Shown: one piece after another, positions 44,357 to 52,784 of the stretch
Layout of the letters: every line of letters begins with the position of its first letter
How positions within the stretch are numbered: position 1 is the stretch's first letter
Assembly: GCA_902778045.1 (NCBI GenBank)
Contig: CACYWI010000003.1
Coordinates: forward strand, 1-55,916
Length of the DNA: 55,916 nt
Origin: an uncultured Eubacteriales bacterium
GTDB lineage: Bacteria; Bacillota; Clostridia; Christensenellales; Aristaeellaceae
Reading direction: 5' to 3'
Position numbers and translations under genes: made by a program
The notes under the pieces: model-generated
Seen by the model: the letters and a program-made list of their open reading frames with translations, nothing else
The model's database searches: none
What the model was told of the DNA's origin: nothing

Positions 44357-45187
44357 TTACAAGCCCTCTGCCGAGGATTTAAAAAAATTGTCATACGCGC
44401 GGCTAATTGTAATATCTATTGAATATCCGGGCTCTATTTTCGTCAGGTTGTCGCAGCGCACGAGGTCCATCAAGAATTCTATGTTACCTTCGGGGCCGCG
44501 GATCGGCGAATAATCCAGCCCGTTCACCCTCCAGCCGAGGGTTGGGATGAAATCGGTGATCTCCTTCAGCACCCGCTCGTGCACGCGCCTGTCCCGCACC
44601 ACGCCCTTGGGGCCCACATCCTCCTTCGGGGCCTCGAACTGGGGCTTTACCAGGGCCACGAACCGCGCCGCCTCCCCCTCCAGAACGCCCAGCGCGGCGG
44701 GGAGAACCGCCTTCAGCGATATGAACGAGACGTCCGTCGCGCCGAAGGTCGGCCTGGGCTCGAAGGCCTGGGGCACGAGGAAGCGGGCGTTGGTGCGCTC
44801 CATGCACGTCACCCGGGGATCGCTGCGCAGCCGGTAATCCAGCAGGTTGTAGCCCACATCCACCGAATAGACCTGCCTTGCCCCCGCACGCAGCATCACA
44901 TCGGTAAAGCCGCCGGTGGAGGCGCCGACATCCACGCACACGGCGTCCGCCAGGTCGATGTCGAAGACCTCCAGGGCCTTTTTCAGCTTGTGCGCGCCGC
45001 GGCTGACGTAGGCGTCCAGCTGGCCCTTCACCCGAAGGGCCTCGCCCTCCTTCACGGGCTCGCTGGCGCGCAGTATCTTTCGGTCACCAGCCATGACGCG
45101 CCCTTCCATGATCAACGCCCGGGCCAGCTCTATCGATTCAAGGCCAAGGTCGTTGAGCAGCGCCTCGTCCGCCCGTCGCTTCTTCAT
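44357..45187 (-). CDS. tlyA: TlyA-family rRNA 2'-O-methyltransferase
   Basis: S4 domain (ARALIMEGRVMAGD) plus FtsJ-type MTase (VCVDVGASTGGFTD). ATG 45187 has a GGAGGG RBS and overlaps the dxs stop. Confidence 0.85.
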   Translation of the reverse strand: MKKRRADEALLNDLGLESIELARALIMEGRVMAGDRKILRASEPVKEGEALRVKGQLDAYVSRGAHKLKKALEVFDIDLADAVCVDVGASTGGFTDVMLRAGARQVYSVDVGYNLLDYRLRSDPRVTCMERTNARFLVPQAFEPRPTFGATDVSFISLKAVLPAALGVLEGEAARFVALVKPQFEAPKEDVGPKGVVRDRRVHERVLKEITDFIPTLGWRVNGLDYSPIRGPEGNIEFLMDLVRCDNLTKIEPGYSIDITISRAYDNFFKSSAEGL

Positions 45188-47064
45188 GGCCGGCCCTCCC
45201 CCATCGCCTTCAGGCGGTCCTGGATACTGCGGGCCATGGCCATGGGCGTCAGGCCGCACACCTCCAGCTGCTGGGCGATCGTGGCGTGCTCTATGAAGCG
45301 ATCCGGAACGCCCAGCGTTAAGACGGGCGTTCCGATGTCCTGCCGGGAAAGCGCGTCCAGCACGCCCTCGCCGAAGCCGCCGGCGAGCACGTTCTGCTCG
45401 GCGGTGACCACCAGCCGCACGGCGCGGGCCTGCCGGGCCAGCAGCTCGTGATCCATCGGCGCGACGAACCGGGCGTCCACCACGCCGGCGGAGATGCCCT
45501 TGCCCATCAGCTCGATGGCGGCCTGCATGGCGGTCTGCACCATCTGGCCCACGGCGAATATCATCACGTCGCTGCCGGCGCTGAGCAGCTCCCAGCTGCC
45601 GATCTCAAAGGCGCGCTGGCTCTGTATGGCCGGGCCCAGGTCCTCGCAGGCGCGGGGATAGCGAATGGCCATCGGGCCGTTCAGCTCGCGGCTGAGGGAC
45701 ACCAGCTGCCTGAGATCCCGCACGTCCCGTGGCGCGGCCACCACCAGGCCGGGGATGCTGCGCAGATAGCTGAGGTCGAACACACCCTGGTGGGTCGCGC
45801 CGTCCTCGCCCACCAGCCCGGCCCGGTCGATCAGGAAGGTGACGGGCAGGCTGTTGCGGCAGACATCCATCATGATCTGGTCGTAGGCGCGCTGCAGGAA
45901 GGTGGAGTAGATGGCCACATAGGGCTTCATGCCCTGGCTGGCCATGCCCGCGGCCATGGTCACGGCGTGCTCCTCGGCGATGCCCACGTCGAAGAACCGG
46001 TCCGGATGGGCCTTCTGGAAGGCGTCCATGCCGGTGCCGGAGGGCATGGCGGCGGTGATGGCGCAGATGCGGATATCGCTGTCGGCCATGTCGATCAGCT
46101 GGCGGGCGACGATGGTGCCGGAGGCGGTGTCCGAATCGCTCTTCTTCGCGCCGGATTCGATGTAGAACGGCGCGATGCCGTGAAAGCGCGTGGGATGGTC
46201 CTCGGCGGGCCGGTAGCCCCTGCCCTTCTGGGTGACCACGTGGATCAGCTGCGGCTCGTCGTAATTCCTGGCCCGCTTCAGCACGCGGATCAGCTGCTTC
46301 AGGTCGTGGCCGTCCACCGGGCCCATGTATTTGAAGCCCAGCGCCTCGAAGAACTTGTCGTCCACGAACAGCGAGCGCACCAGGTTCCGCAGCTTCTCGA
46401 GGAAGCGGTACAGCGGCGGGCCGATCTTCGGCAGGCGTTCCAGCCGGCTGCGCACGCCGCGCTTCATGGCGATATAGCCCTTGCTGAGGCGCATGCGGGT
46501 CAGATAGCGGCTGACCGCGCCCACGTTGGGGGCGATGGACATGTCGTTGTCGTTCAGCACAACGATCATGCGGGTGTTGCTCTGGCCGGCGTCGTTCAGC
46601 GCCTCGAAGCACATGCCGCCGGTCAGCGCGCCGTCGCCCACCAGGGCGACCACATCGTAATCGCCGTGCATGATATCCCGGGTCCGGGCCATGCCAAGGG
46701 CGGCGGAGATCGCCGTGGAGGCGTGTCCCGCCGTAAAGGCGTCGTATTCGCTTTCATCCATCTGCGGAAAGCCGCTGAGCCCGCCCTTCTGGCGCAGGGT
46801 GCGGAACCGGTCGTACCGCCCCGTGAGCAGCTTGTGGACATAGGACTGGTGCCCCACATCCATGATCAGCTTGTCGGAGGGGGTATCGAAGACGTAGTGT
46901 ATGGCGATGGTCAGCTCCACGGCGCCGAGGTTCGAAGCCAGGTGCCCGCCGCGCTCGGAGACCACGTTCACGATCTCCGTGCGCAGCTCGTCGGCCAGCG
47001 CCTTCAGCTGCTTGACGCTCAGCCTTCGAAGGTCCGCAGGTTCATGTATTTGCTCGAGTAACAT
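45184..47064 (-). CDS. dxs: 1-deoxy-D-xylulose-5-phosphate synthase
   Basis: 626 aa. TPP-binding segment VALVGDGALTGGM, GHASTAIS and the transketolase-like pyrimidine and C-terminal domains. Confidence 0.95.
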   Translation of the reverse strand: MLLEQIHEPADLRRLSVKQLKALADELRTEIVNVVSERGGHLASNLGAVELTIAIHYVFDTPSDKLIMDVGHQSYVHKLLTGRYDRFRTLRQKGGLSGFPQMDESEYDAFTAGHASTAISAALGMARTRDIMHGDYDVVALVGDGALTGGMCFEALNDAGQSNTRMIVVLNDNDMSIAPNVGAVSRYLTRMRLSKGYIAMKRGVRSRLERLPKIGPPLYRFLEKLRNLVRSLFVDDKFFEALGFKYMGPVDGHDLKQLIRVLKRARNYDEPQLIHVVTQKGRGYRPAEDHPTRFHGIAPFYIESGAKKSDSDTASGTIVARQLIDMADSDIRICAITAAMPSGTGMDAFQKAHPDRFFDVGIAEEHAVTMAAGMASQGMKPYVAIYSTFLQRAYDQIMMDVCRNSLPVTFLIDRAGLVGEDGATHQGVFDLSYLRSIPGLVVAAPRDVRDLRQLVSLSRELNGPMAIRYPRACEDLGPAIQSQRAFEIGSWELLSAGSDVMIFAVGQMVQTAMQAAIELMGKGISAGVVDARFVAPMDHELLARQARAVRLVVTAEQNVLAGGFGEGVLDALSRQDIGTPVLTLGVPDRFIEHATIAQQLEVCGLTPMAMARSIQDRLKAMGEGRP

Positions 47065-47086
47065 TCAAAGATTCTCCAGGTATTGC

Positions 47087-47992
47087 TTATTTGGTGCGAT
47101 CCACCATGGCGTCGACGAGCTGCCTGAAGAAATCGCCGCGCTCGCCGTAGCGTTCGATGGCGCGCAGCGCCTCGGCGTGCAGCGCCCCGACGCGCCGGCG
47201 CGTGCCCTCCACCCCGAATACGGATACGCAGGTCAGCTTGCCGTTGGCCGCGTCCTTGCCCAGGGTCTTCCCCATGTCGGCCTGGGTGCCGGTGACATCC
47301 AGAAGGTCGTCGGTGGCCTGGAACAGCAGGCCGAAGGCGCGACCGTAGGCGGTCAGCGCCTGTACATCCGCTTCGGCCGCGCCGCACAGTCGCGCGGCGG
47401 CGCGCAGCGGATAGATAAACATGCACGCGGTCTTGCCGTACTGGATGTACTCAAGGTCTGCTTCGCCGCCCTCGTTGTTGCGCTCGCAGCGCAGGTCCAT
47501 CACCTGACCGCCGATCATGCCCGTGACGCCCGCGCCGGTGGCGATCTCCCGGATGGCCGAGAGGTATCGCGCCGCCCCCTCCGGGCGGGCGCAAGCCGCG
47601 TTCAGCATCGTTTCAAAGGCGACGTTCAGCAGGCCGTCGCCGGCCAGTATGGCCTGGCCCTGGCCGAACACCACATGGTTGGTGGGCCGGCCCCGGCGCA
47701 GGGTGTCATCGTCCATGCCCGGAAGGTCGTCGTGGATCAGCGAATAGGTGTGGATCATCTCCACGGCGCATGCGAAGTCCAGCGCATCGTTCACATTTCC
47801 GCCCAGCAGCGCCACCGCCGCCAGCAGCATGCAGGGGCGCAGCCGCTTTCCTCCGGCGGAGAGGCTGTAGCGCATGGACTGGCTCAGCAGCCAGGGCATC
47901 TGCCCGATCTCGCAGCGGCCCTCGTCGATCACGGCGGGGATCTCCTCCAGCCGCGCGTTCACCATGCGGGCGTATTCGTTCAGCGTATTCAT
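47087..47992 (-). CDS. ispA: polyprenyl (farnesyl/geranylgeranyl) diphosphate synthase
   Basis: First and second Asp-rich motifs LIHDDLPGMDDD and FQATDDLLD. Confidence 0.9.
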   Translation of the reverse strand: MNTLNEYARMVNARLEEIPAVIDEGRCEIGQMPWLLSQSMRYSLSAGGKRLRPCMLLAAVALLGGNVNDALDFACAVEMIHTYSLIHDDLPGMDDDTLRRGRPTNHVVFGQGQAILAGDGLLNVAFETMLNAACARPEGAARYLSAIREIATGAGVTGMIGGQVMDLRCERNNEGGEADLEYIQYGKTACMFIYPLRAAARLCGAAEADVQALTAYGRAFGLLFQATDDLLDVTGTQADMGKTLGKDAANGKLTCVSVFGVEGTRRRVGALHAEALRAIERYGERGDFFRQLVDAMVDRTK

Positions 47993-48210
47993 GCTTCCTC
48001 CCCGCCGGGCAGGGTGCCCTCACCGGATTCCGTAAGCAGTCGGATGCGCTTGTCGCCCTCGTCCAGCAGCGCGTTCAGGCCGTCCTTCAGCTGCATGGCG
48101 CGCTCATAGGCCTTGAACGAATCCTCGAGGGACATCTGGCCGGATTCCAGCGACTGGGTCAGCGCCTCCAGCTCGCGCATGCCCTCCTCGAAGGTGATCT
48201 TCTTTTTCAT
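47989..48210 (-). CDS. xseB: exodeoxyribonuclease VII small subunit
   Basis: 73 aa. FEEGMRELEALTQSLESGQMSLEDSFKAYERAMQL is the XseB helical hairpin. 4-nt overlaps with xseA and ispA. Confidence 0.85.
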   Translation of the reverse strand: MKKKITFEEGMRELEALTQSLESGQMSLEDSFKAYERAMQLKDGLNALLDEGDKRIRLLTESGEGTLPGGEEA

Positions 48211-49439
48211 TGTTGTACTTCCTTTGGCTTGATATCGGTGACCCTCGCGCCCAGCTCGCCGTCCGCGAGGCGCACCCGTATGGGCTTGTCCGCGTCGACG
48301 GCATGCACGCTGCCGGTCATGCGGCCCTCCTGCATCAGCACGGCGTAGCCCCGGTCCAGCACCGCCGCCGGGTTCAGCGCCCGCAGAGAGGCCTCCATGG
48401 CCGCCAGCCGGTGCCGTTCCCGTTCAATTCGGGCGGGCAGGGCCTTCGTGGCGCGCTCTGCGAGGGCGTTCAGCGCGGCCGATCTGGGCTCCAGCAGCGA
48501 TTGCCTGGGCGCGGTGAGCGCAGGCGTGGCAACGGCGCGCTGCAGCCGCAGGCGGCGCTGCTGCTGGGCGCTGTGCATCGCGGCGGAAAAGCGCCGCAGC
48601 ATGGAGGATATCTCCTCGCGCATGGCCTGCAGCTGGGGCACGGCCAGCTCCGCCGCGGCGGAGGGCGTCGGCGCCCGCAGATCGGCCACGAAATCCGATA
48701 TGGTGAAGTCGATCTCATGGCCCACGCAGCTGATCACAGGGATCCTCGACGCGGCGATGGCCCGGGCCACGACCTCCTCGTTGAAGGCCCACAGGTCCTC
48801 TATGGAGCCGCCGCCACGGCCCACCAGTATGACGTCGCACTCGCCCTGGCGGTTCAGGCGTTCGATGGCGCGCACGATGTCCGCGGCAGCCCCCTCGCCC
48901 TGCACCGCGCAGGGAGACACGATGATGCCGACGTTCGGGTTGCGCCGCCGGGCCACATGGATGATGTCGCGGATGGCCGCGCCGGTCTGGGACGTGGCCA
49001 CGCCGATCACCCTGGGAAAGGCGGGGATCTCCCGCTTGCGGGCGGGATCGAACAGGCCCTCCGCCATCAGCTTCTGCTTCAGCCTTTCAAAGCGGATGTA
49101 CAGCTCGCCCTGGCCGGCCTTGCGCATCGAGGATACATACAGCTGAAAGCTGCCGTCCCTGGGAAAAATGGAGGCAGAGGCCCGCACCGTGACCCGCATG
49201 CCGTCCTCCGGCACAAAATCCAGCCCCATGGCCTGTTGCCGGAACATCACGCACTGCACCCGCGCGCCCTCGTCCTTCAGCGAGAAGTAGCGGTGGCCGC
49301 TGTAGTGGTGCTTGTAGCCGGAGATCTCGCCGGTGACCTCCAGGCTTCGCAGAAGCGGGTCCCCGGCCACCAGCCTGCGGGCGTACTCGTTCAGCTCGGA
49401 TACGCTGAGCGCCGTCGCCTCACGATCCATGCCGATCAT
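48207..49439 (-). CDS. xseA: exodeoxyribonuclease VII large subunit
   Basis: N-terminal OB fold (VTGEISGYKHHYSGHRYFSLKDE), catalytic core (GRGGGSIEDLWAFN) and a C-terminal coiled coil. Confidence 0.9.
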   Translation of the reverse strand: MIGMDREATALSVSELNEYARRLVAGDPLLRSLEVTGEISGYKHHYSGHRYFSLKDEGARVQCVMFRQQAMGLDFVPEDGMRVTVRASASIFPRDGSFQLYVSSMRKAGQGELYIRFERLKQKLMAEGLFDPARKREIPAFPRVIGVATSQTGAAIRDIIHVARRRNPNVGIIVSPCAVQGEGAAADIVRAIERLNRQGECDVILVGRGGGSIEDLWAFNEEVVARAIAASRIPVISCVGHEIDFTISDFVADLRAPTPSAAAELAVPQLQAMREEISSMLRRFSAAMHSAQQQRRLRLQRAVATPALTAPRQSLLEPRSAALNALAERATKALPARIERERHRLAAMEASLRALNPAAVLDRGYAVLMQEGRMTGSVHAVDADKPIRVRLADGELGARVTDIKPKEVQQ

Positions 49440-49864
49440 TCCGCAGCGCGCTCCTCCGCCTTTTCGTCCATGCCGCGGGCCAGGTTGCCCAGCACGCCGT
49501 TGACGAAGCCGCCGGCCTTGTCGGTGGAATACTGGTTCGCCAGCTCCACCGCCTCGTTGATCACGGCGCTGCGGGGCTCCTCGGCCAGCATCAGCTCATA
49601 GGTCGCCAGGCGCAGTATCGCCAGATCCACGCGGGTCAGGCGATCGATGGTCCAGCCCCTGAGGTACCCGGCGAGGCTCTCATCGATGGACTGCACGTTC
49701 CGGGTGACGCCATCGAACATGCGGTTCATGTAATCCGCCTCGCGCTCGTCCGGCGCGACCTCCAACAGGTTCAGCCGCGTCTCCTCGCCGCCGTCGCCGC
49801 CCATTTCCCACTCGTAGATCAGCTTCATCGCGTGCGCGCGCGCCACGGTTCTATCCATATACAC
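49436..49864 (-). CDS. nusB: transcription antitermination factor NusB
   Basis: 142 aa. RAHAMKLIYEWEM..., DLAILRLATYEL, VINEAVELA and FVNGVLG motifs. Confidence 0.9.
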   Translation of the reverse strand: MYMDRTVARAHAMKLIYEWEMGGDGGEETRLNLLEVAPDEREADYMNRMFDGVTRNVQSIDESLAGYLRGWTIDRLTRVDLAILRLATYELMLAEEPRSAVINEAVELANQYSTDKAGGFVNGVLGNLARGMDEKAEERAAE

Positions 49865-49956
49865 TACCTGCTTTCCCGTATGGTCTTTTAATCACAACAG
49901 TTGCGGTGGCGCGCACGCGCGCCGCCGCAACAGCACTCGATTTATTTTTTCAGGGA

Positions 49957-50859
49957 TTACTGCTCGTCGTCGCCGAAGGCCGCGGAGCCTTCCTCATCAT
50001 TGCCGCTTTCCCGTTCGGCCTCCGCCGCCTTCATCGCCGCCAGGTCCTTGGCGAACTCCGATTCATAGGGCTTGTCGAAGTCGAAGGCCGGCGTTTCGGG
50101 GACAGGCTCCGGCTCCGGCACCACGGGCGCGGGCTCGAAGGGGGTGATGACCGGCTTGCTGGCCGGGGCGGCATCGTGCTCCTGGGACAGCCAGGAGGGC
50201 TTCTCGTCCATTACGGGGACTTCAGAAGCCGCCGGGGCGACGGGCGCCACCGGGGCGACGGGATCCGCCTTGCCGCGGCCCAGGCGCTTGCGCCGGGGCG
50301 CTTCGGCGGCGTTGGTCACCGAATGGATGCTGATGGACACCGAGCGCACCGCCACGCCGCAGTTCATCTCCACGAACTGGCGGATGGCCTGCTGCATGTT
50401 CATGGTGATCGTGGGCACATGGCTGCCGTTCACGATGCTGGCGTTCACGCCGATCATGATCGCGTCGTCCTGGTTGTCGATGTTGATCTTCATCTCGGTG
50501 ATGCCGTCGATGTTGTTCACCGACTGGCGCACCATCTGCTCGATGGCGGAGATGGCGATGCGCACCTTGCCGGTATCGCTGGAATCCACGGTGATGAAGC
50601 CGCGGTCCGCCCTGCGCCTGCGCTTGAAGATCAGGTAGATCTGCACGATGGCCAGCGCCGCGTAGATCACCAGCAGCGCGATGCCGATGATGTGGATGTA
50701 CTTCAGCTCGAGCACCGCTTCCAGCTTGCCATAGTATTGCATGACGAAGGACGGCACGATCAGGTACAGGGCAAACGCCACGCAGATCAGCAGCGACATC
50801 AGCCAGTGAAAGAACATCAGTATCCTCTTGCCAACACTCAGTTTCATATTCATCCTCAT
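49957..50859 (-). CDS. AmaP-like alkaline-shock membrane anchor protein with a long Pro/Ala-rich C-terminal extension
   Basis: Two N-terminal TM helices, then an Asp23-like fold segment (VRIAISAIEQMVRQSV...MKINID...). Directly downstream of the asp23-family gene. About 120 extra C-terminal residues. Confidence 0.6.
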   Translation of the reverse strand: MRMNMKLSVGKRILMFFHWLMSLLICVAFALYLIVPSFVMQYYGKLEAVLELKYIHIIGIALLVIYAALAIVQIYLIFKRRRRADRGFITVDSSDTGKVRIAISAIEQMVRQSVNNIDGITEMKINIDNQDDAIMIGVNASIVNGSHVPTITMNMQQAIRQFVEMNCGVAVRSVSISIHSVTNAAEAPRRKRLGRGKADPVAPVAPVAPAASEVPVMDEKPSWLSQEHDAAPASKPVITPFEPAPVVPEPEPVPETPAFDFDKPYESEFAKDLAAMKAAEAERESGNDEEGSAAFGDDEQ

Positions 50860-50897
50860 TTCCTTCGCGGAATCATAGGTACGGCCCCGCCGCGGGC

Positions 50898-51650
50898 TCA
50901 GGCTTCTTCCTTTTCCTCGTCCTCTTCGTCCTCGGCGTCCTCTTCCTCTACGGCGTCGTCATATTCCTCGTCCGCAAAGCCGTATTCCCTGTCCGCCTCT
51001 TCTTCGGCGTCCTCCCCGACAGGCGCTTCCGCTTCCCCGTCGAAGTCTTCCTCTTCCTGCTCCTCTTCCTGCTCCTCTTCCTCGTCACCGTCGATGTCGA
51101 AGTCGTCCGCTTCCTCCTCGTCGTCTTCCTCTTTCTCGTCTTCGGGCGCTTCATACGCCGGCTCGGCCTCTTCGACGGGCGCGGCGGCCGCGGTATTGTC
51201 AACCTCGGCCTCGGCGGTCTTCTCCAGCATCTTCCTGTGCTGCTCGTCCAGCTCGGCGTTGGCGCGCTGCTCGCGCTCGAAGCTGATGCCGGTCACATGC
51301 ACGTCCACGTTCTTCACGTCCAGGCCGCTCATGGTTTCGATGGCCTTCTTGACGTTCTCCTGGATGTTGCGGGCCACGTCCGGCACCGGGGAGCCATAAT
51401 CCACCGTGATGGTGATATCCACGGATACCCTGTTGTCCTCCAGGTCTATGCGTACGCCCTTGGTCAGGTTGCGGTTGCTCTTCCTTGAAAACATATCGGC
51501 CAGACCGGAGGCGGGAGAGATCATGCTGGCGACGCCGTCCACCTCTGTGGCCGCGAGCCCTGCGATGGTAGCAACGACTTCAGTGGCAAAGGAAACCGTG
51601 CCGTTGGGGTTCTCGTTCAGCTTGACATCGGAAGGATAATTTTCGCTCAT
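50898..51650 (-). CDS. Asp23/Gls24-family envelope stress protein with a ~110-aa polyacidic tail
   Basis: The core FATEVVATIAGLAATEVDGVASM...VDITITVDYG... is the DUF322 signature. The tail is almost pure D/E/A. Confidence 0.85.
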   Translation of the reverse strand: MSENYPSDVKLNENPNGTVSFATEVVATIAGLAATEVDGVASMISPASGLADMFSRKSNRNLTKGVRIDLEDNRVSVDITITVDYGSPVPDVARNIQENVKKAIETMSGLDVKNVDVHVTGISFEREQRANAELDEQHRKMLEKTAEAEVDNTAAAAPVEEAEPAYEAPEDEKEEDDEEEADDFDIDGDEEEEQEEEQEEEDFDGEAEAPVGEDAEEEADREYGFADEEYDDAVEEEDAEDEEDEEKEEA

Positions 51651-51676
51651 GTTGCATACCTCCTTATACAGAATCT

Positions 51677-51705
51677 ATTATAGCAGAAAACATGCGATTG
51701 CGCAA
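51677..51705 (-). promoter_or_regulatory. sigma-A type promoter of the asp23-amaP(-nusB...) unit
   Basis: Minus strand reads TTGCGC (51700-51705), a 17-nt spacer, then TATAAT (51677-51682). AAGGAGG RBS precedes the ATG. Confidence 0.55.
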
Positions 51706-51714
51706 ATACTTTCT

Positions 51715-52200
51715 TCATTTTACGGGAATGATTTTCACGCTGCCCCCCGTAAGCCCGGTTTCACGCATCACAAGCTCCAGGATTACCGCCGTTTCCCGCT
51801 GGTTCAGCGGCGCTTCGCGGCGCAGCAGCACGTTGGCGGACCGTTCGCCGACGGTGACCACCGCATCGTCGAAGCCCCGCGCGCGCAGCACCCCCTCCAG
51901 CATGTTTTCCGCTTCCGCGCGATCCAGCATGTCCATCAGTCGCTGTCTGGCCTGGCCGGCGAGTTCTCCGCTTCCATCGGAATAGATGATCTCATTCAGC
52001 TGGGCCTCCTCACGCGCGCGCAGCTGCTCGCGCTCCAGCCGAAAGCTTTGCAGCGCGTCCGCCGGCTCCCGTACGGATGCCGTCGCGCTCGCCGTCCGGA
52101 CGGACCGCGCCGTCGCCAGCCTGTAGGTGAGGGCGGAATCTGCCGCCAGCGCGGCCAGGGCCAGTGCGGCCCACAGGCAACGTTTTATCATATTGTTCAT
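51715..52200 (-). CDS. spoIIIAH: stage III sporulation protein AH
   Basis: 161 aa. N-terminal TM, and the C-terminal YscJ/RBM-like part (MLEGVLRARGFDDAVVTVGERSANVLL...ILELVMRETGL...VKIIPVK). Last gene of the spoIIIA cluster. ATGA overlap with AG. Confidence 0.75.
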   Translation of the reverse strand: MNNMIKRCLWAALALAALAADSALTYRLATARSVRTASATASVREPADALQSFRLEREQLRAREEAQLNEIIYSDGSGELAGQARQRLMDMLDRAEAENMLEGVLRARGFDDAVVTVGERSANVLLRREAPLNQRETAVILELVMRETGLTGGSVKIIPVK

Positions 52201-52574
52201 GGCGCACCTCCCGGGCAATCCCGCTTTCCGATGATCTCGACGCGATCCGGCTCCGTCTCCAGAAGGGCCAGCACCGCCCGCTGCACGCGCAGGTAGGTCG
52301 CCACGTCCTCGAGCCCGTCCGCGACGATCAGCACGCCGCTCACGCCGCCGTCCCCGTCCTCGGTGACCATGGCGCTGACGTGGCCCGTACCCCCGATGCC
52401 CGAAAGGATGCGCTCCAGCCTGCGCTCCAGCGTCGTCTTCTGCGCGTCCTTCGCGCCGTCCCGGCCGCCGAGCAGCATCAGCGCCAGCAGCGCCGCCAGC
52501 GCCAGGGCGGCGACGATCTCGATGCGGCGCGCGCCGCGCAGCCTGTCTGCGATGGCGCTGAAACGCTCTGCCAT
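52197..52574 (-). CDS. spoIIIAG: stage III sporulation protein AG (unusually short)
   Basis: TM (IEIVAALALAALLALMLLGG), LERRLERILSGIGGTGHVSAMV and GVLIVADG...VQRAVLALL match AG hallmarks. Start is ATG 52574 or GTG 52583. Confidence 0.6.
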   Translation of the reverse strand: MAERFSAIADRLRGARRIEIVAALALAALLALMLLGGRDGAKDAQKTTLERRLERILSGIGGTGHVSAMVTEDGDGGVSGVLIVADGLEDVATYLRVQRAVLALLETEPDRVEIIGKRDCPGGAP

Positions 52575-52586
52575 GCCCCGCACCCG

Positions 52587-52760
52587 CTACGCGAACAGCC
52601 CGACGACCAGGCGCGCGGCACAAAGGGCGCAGCACAGCGCGCACAGCGCGCGGAAGGACAGCGCCGACCTGCCGTCCCGCGTCAGCGCGTCCATGGCCGC
52701 GGCCGCCACGCACAGCTCAAACAGGCCGCCGGCAGGCAGCTTCCACGCTTCGGGCAGCAT
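52587..52760 (-). CDS. spoIIIAF: stage III sporulation protein AF-like, N-terminal membrane hairpin only (57 aa)
   Basis: Positioned between AE and AG. By eye, W...MDALTRDGRSALSFRALCALCCALCAARLVVGLFA aligns with the start of B. subtilis AF (W...IDMLLPSSSMQKYAKMVVSLLLIVVMLTPIFKLF). The stop comes immediately afterwards. Confidence 0.5.
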   Translation of the reverse strand: MLPEAWKLPAGGLFELCVAAAAMDALTRDGRSALSFRALCALCCALCAARLVVGLFA

Positions 52761-52784
52761 ACCATCACCATCCTTCAAATCCCG

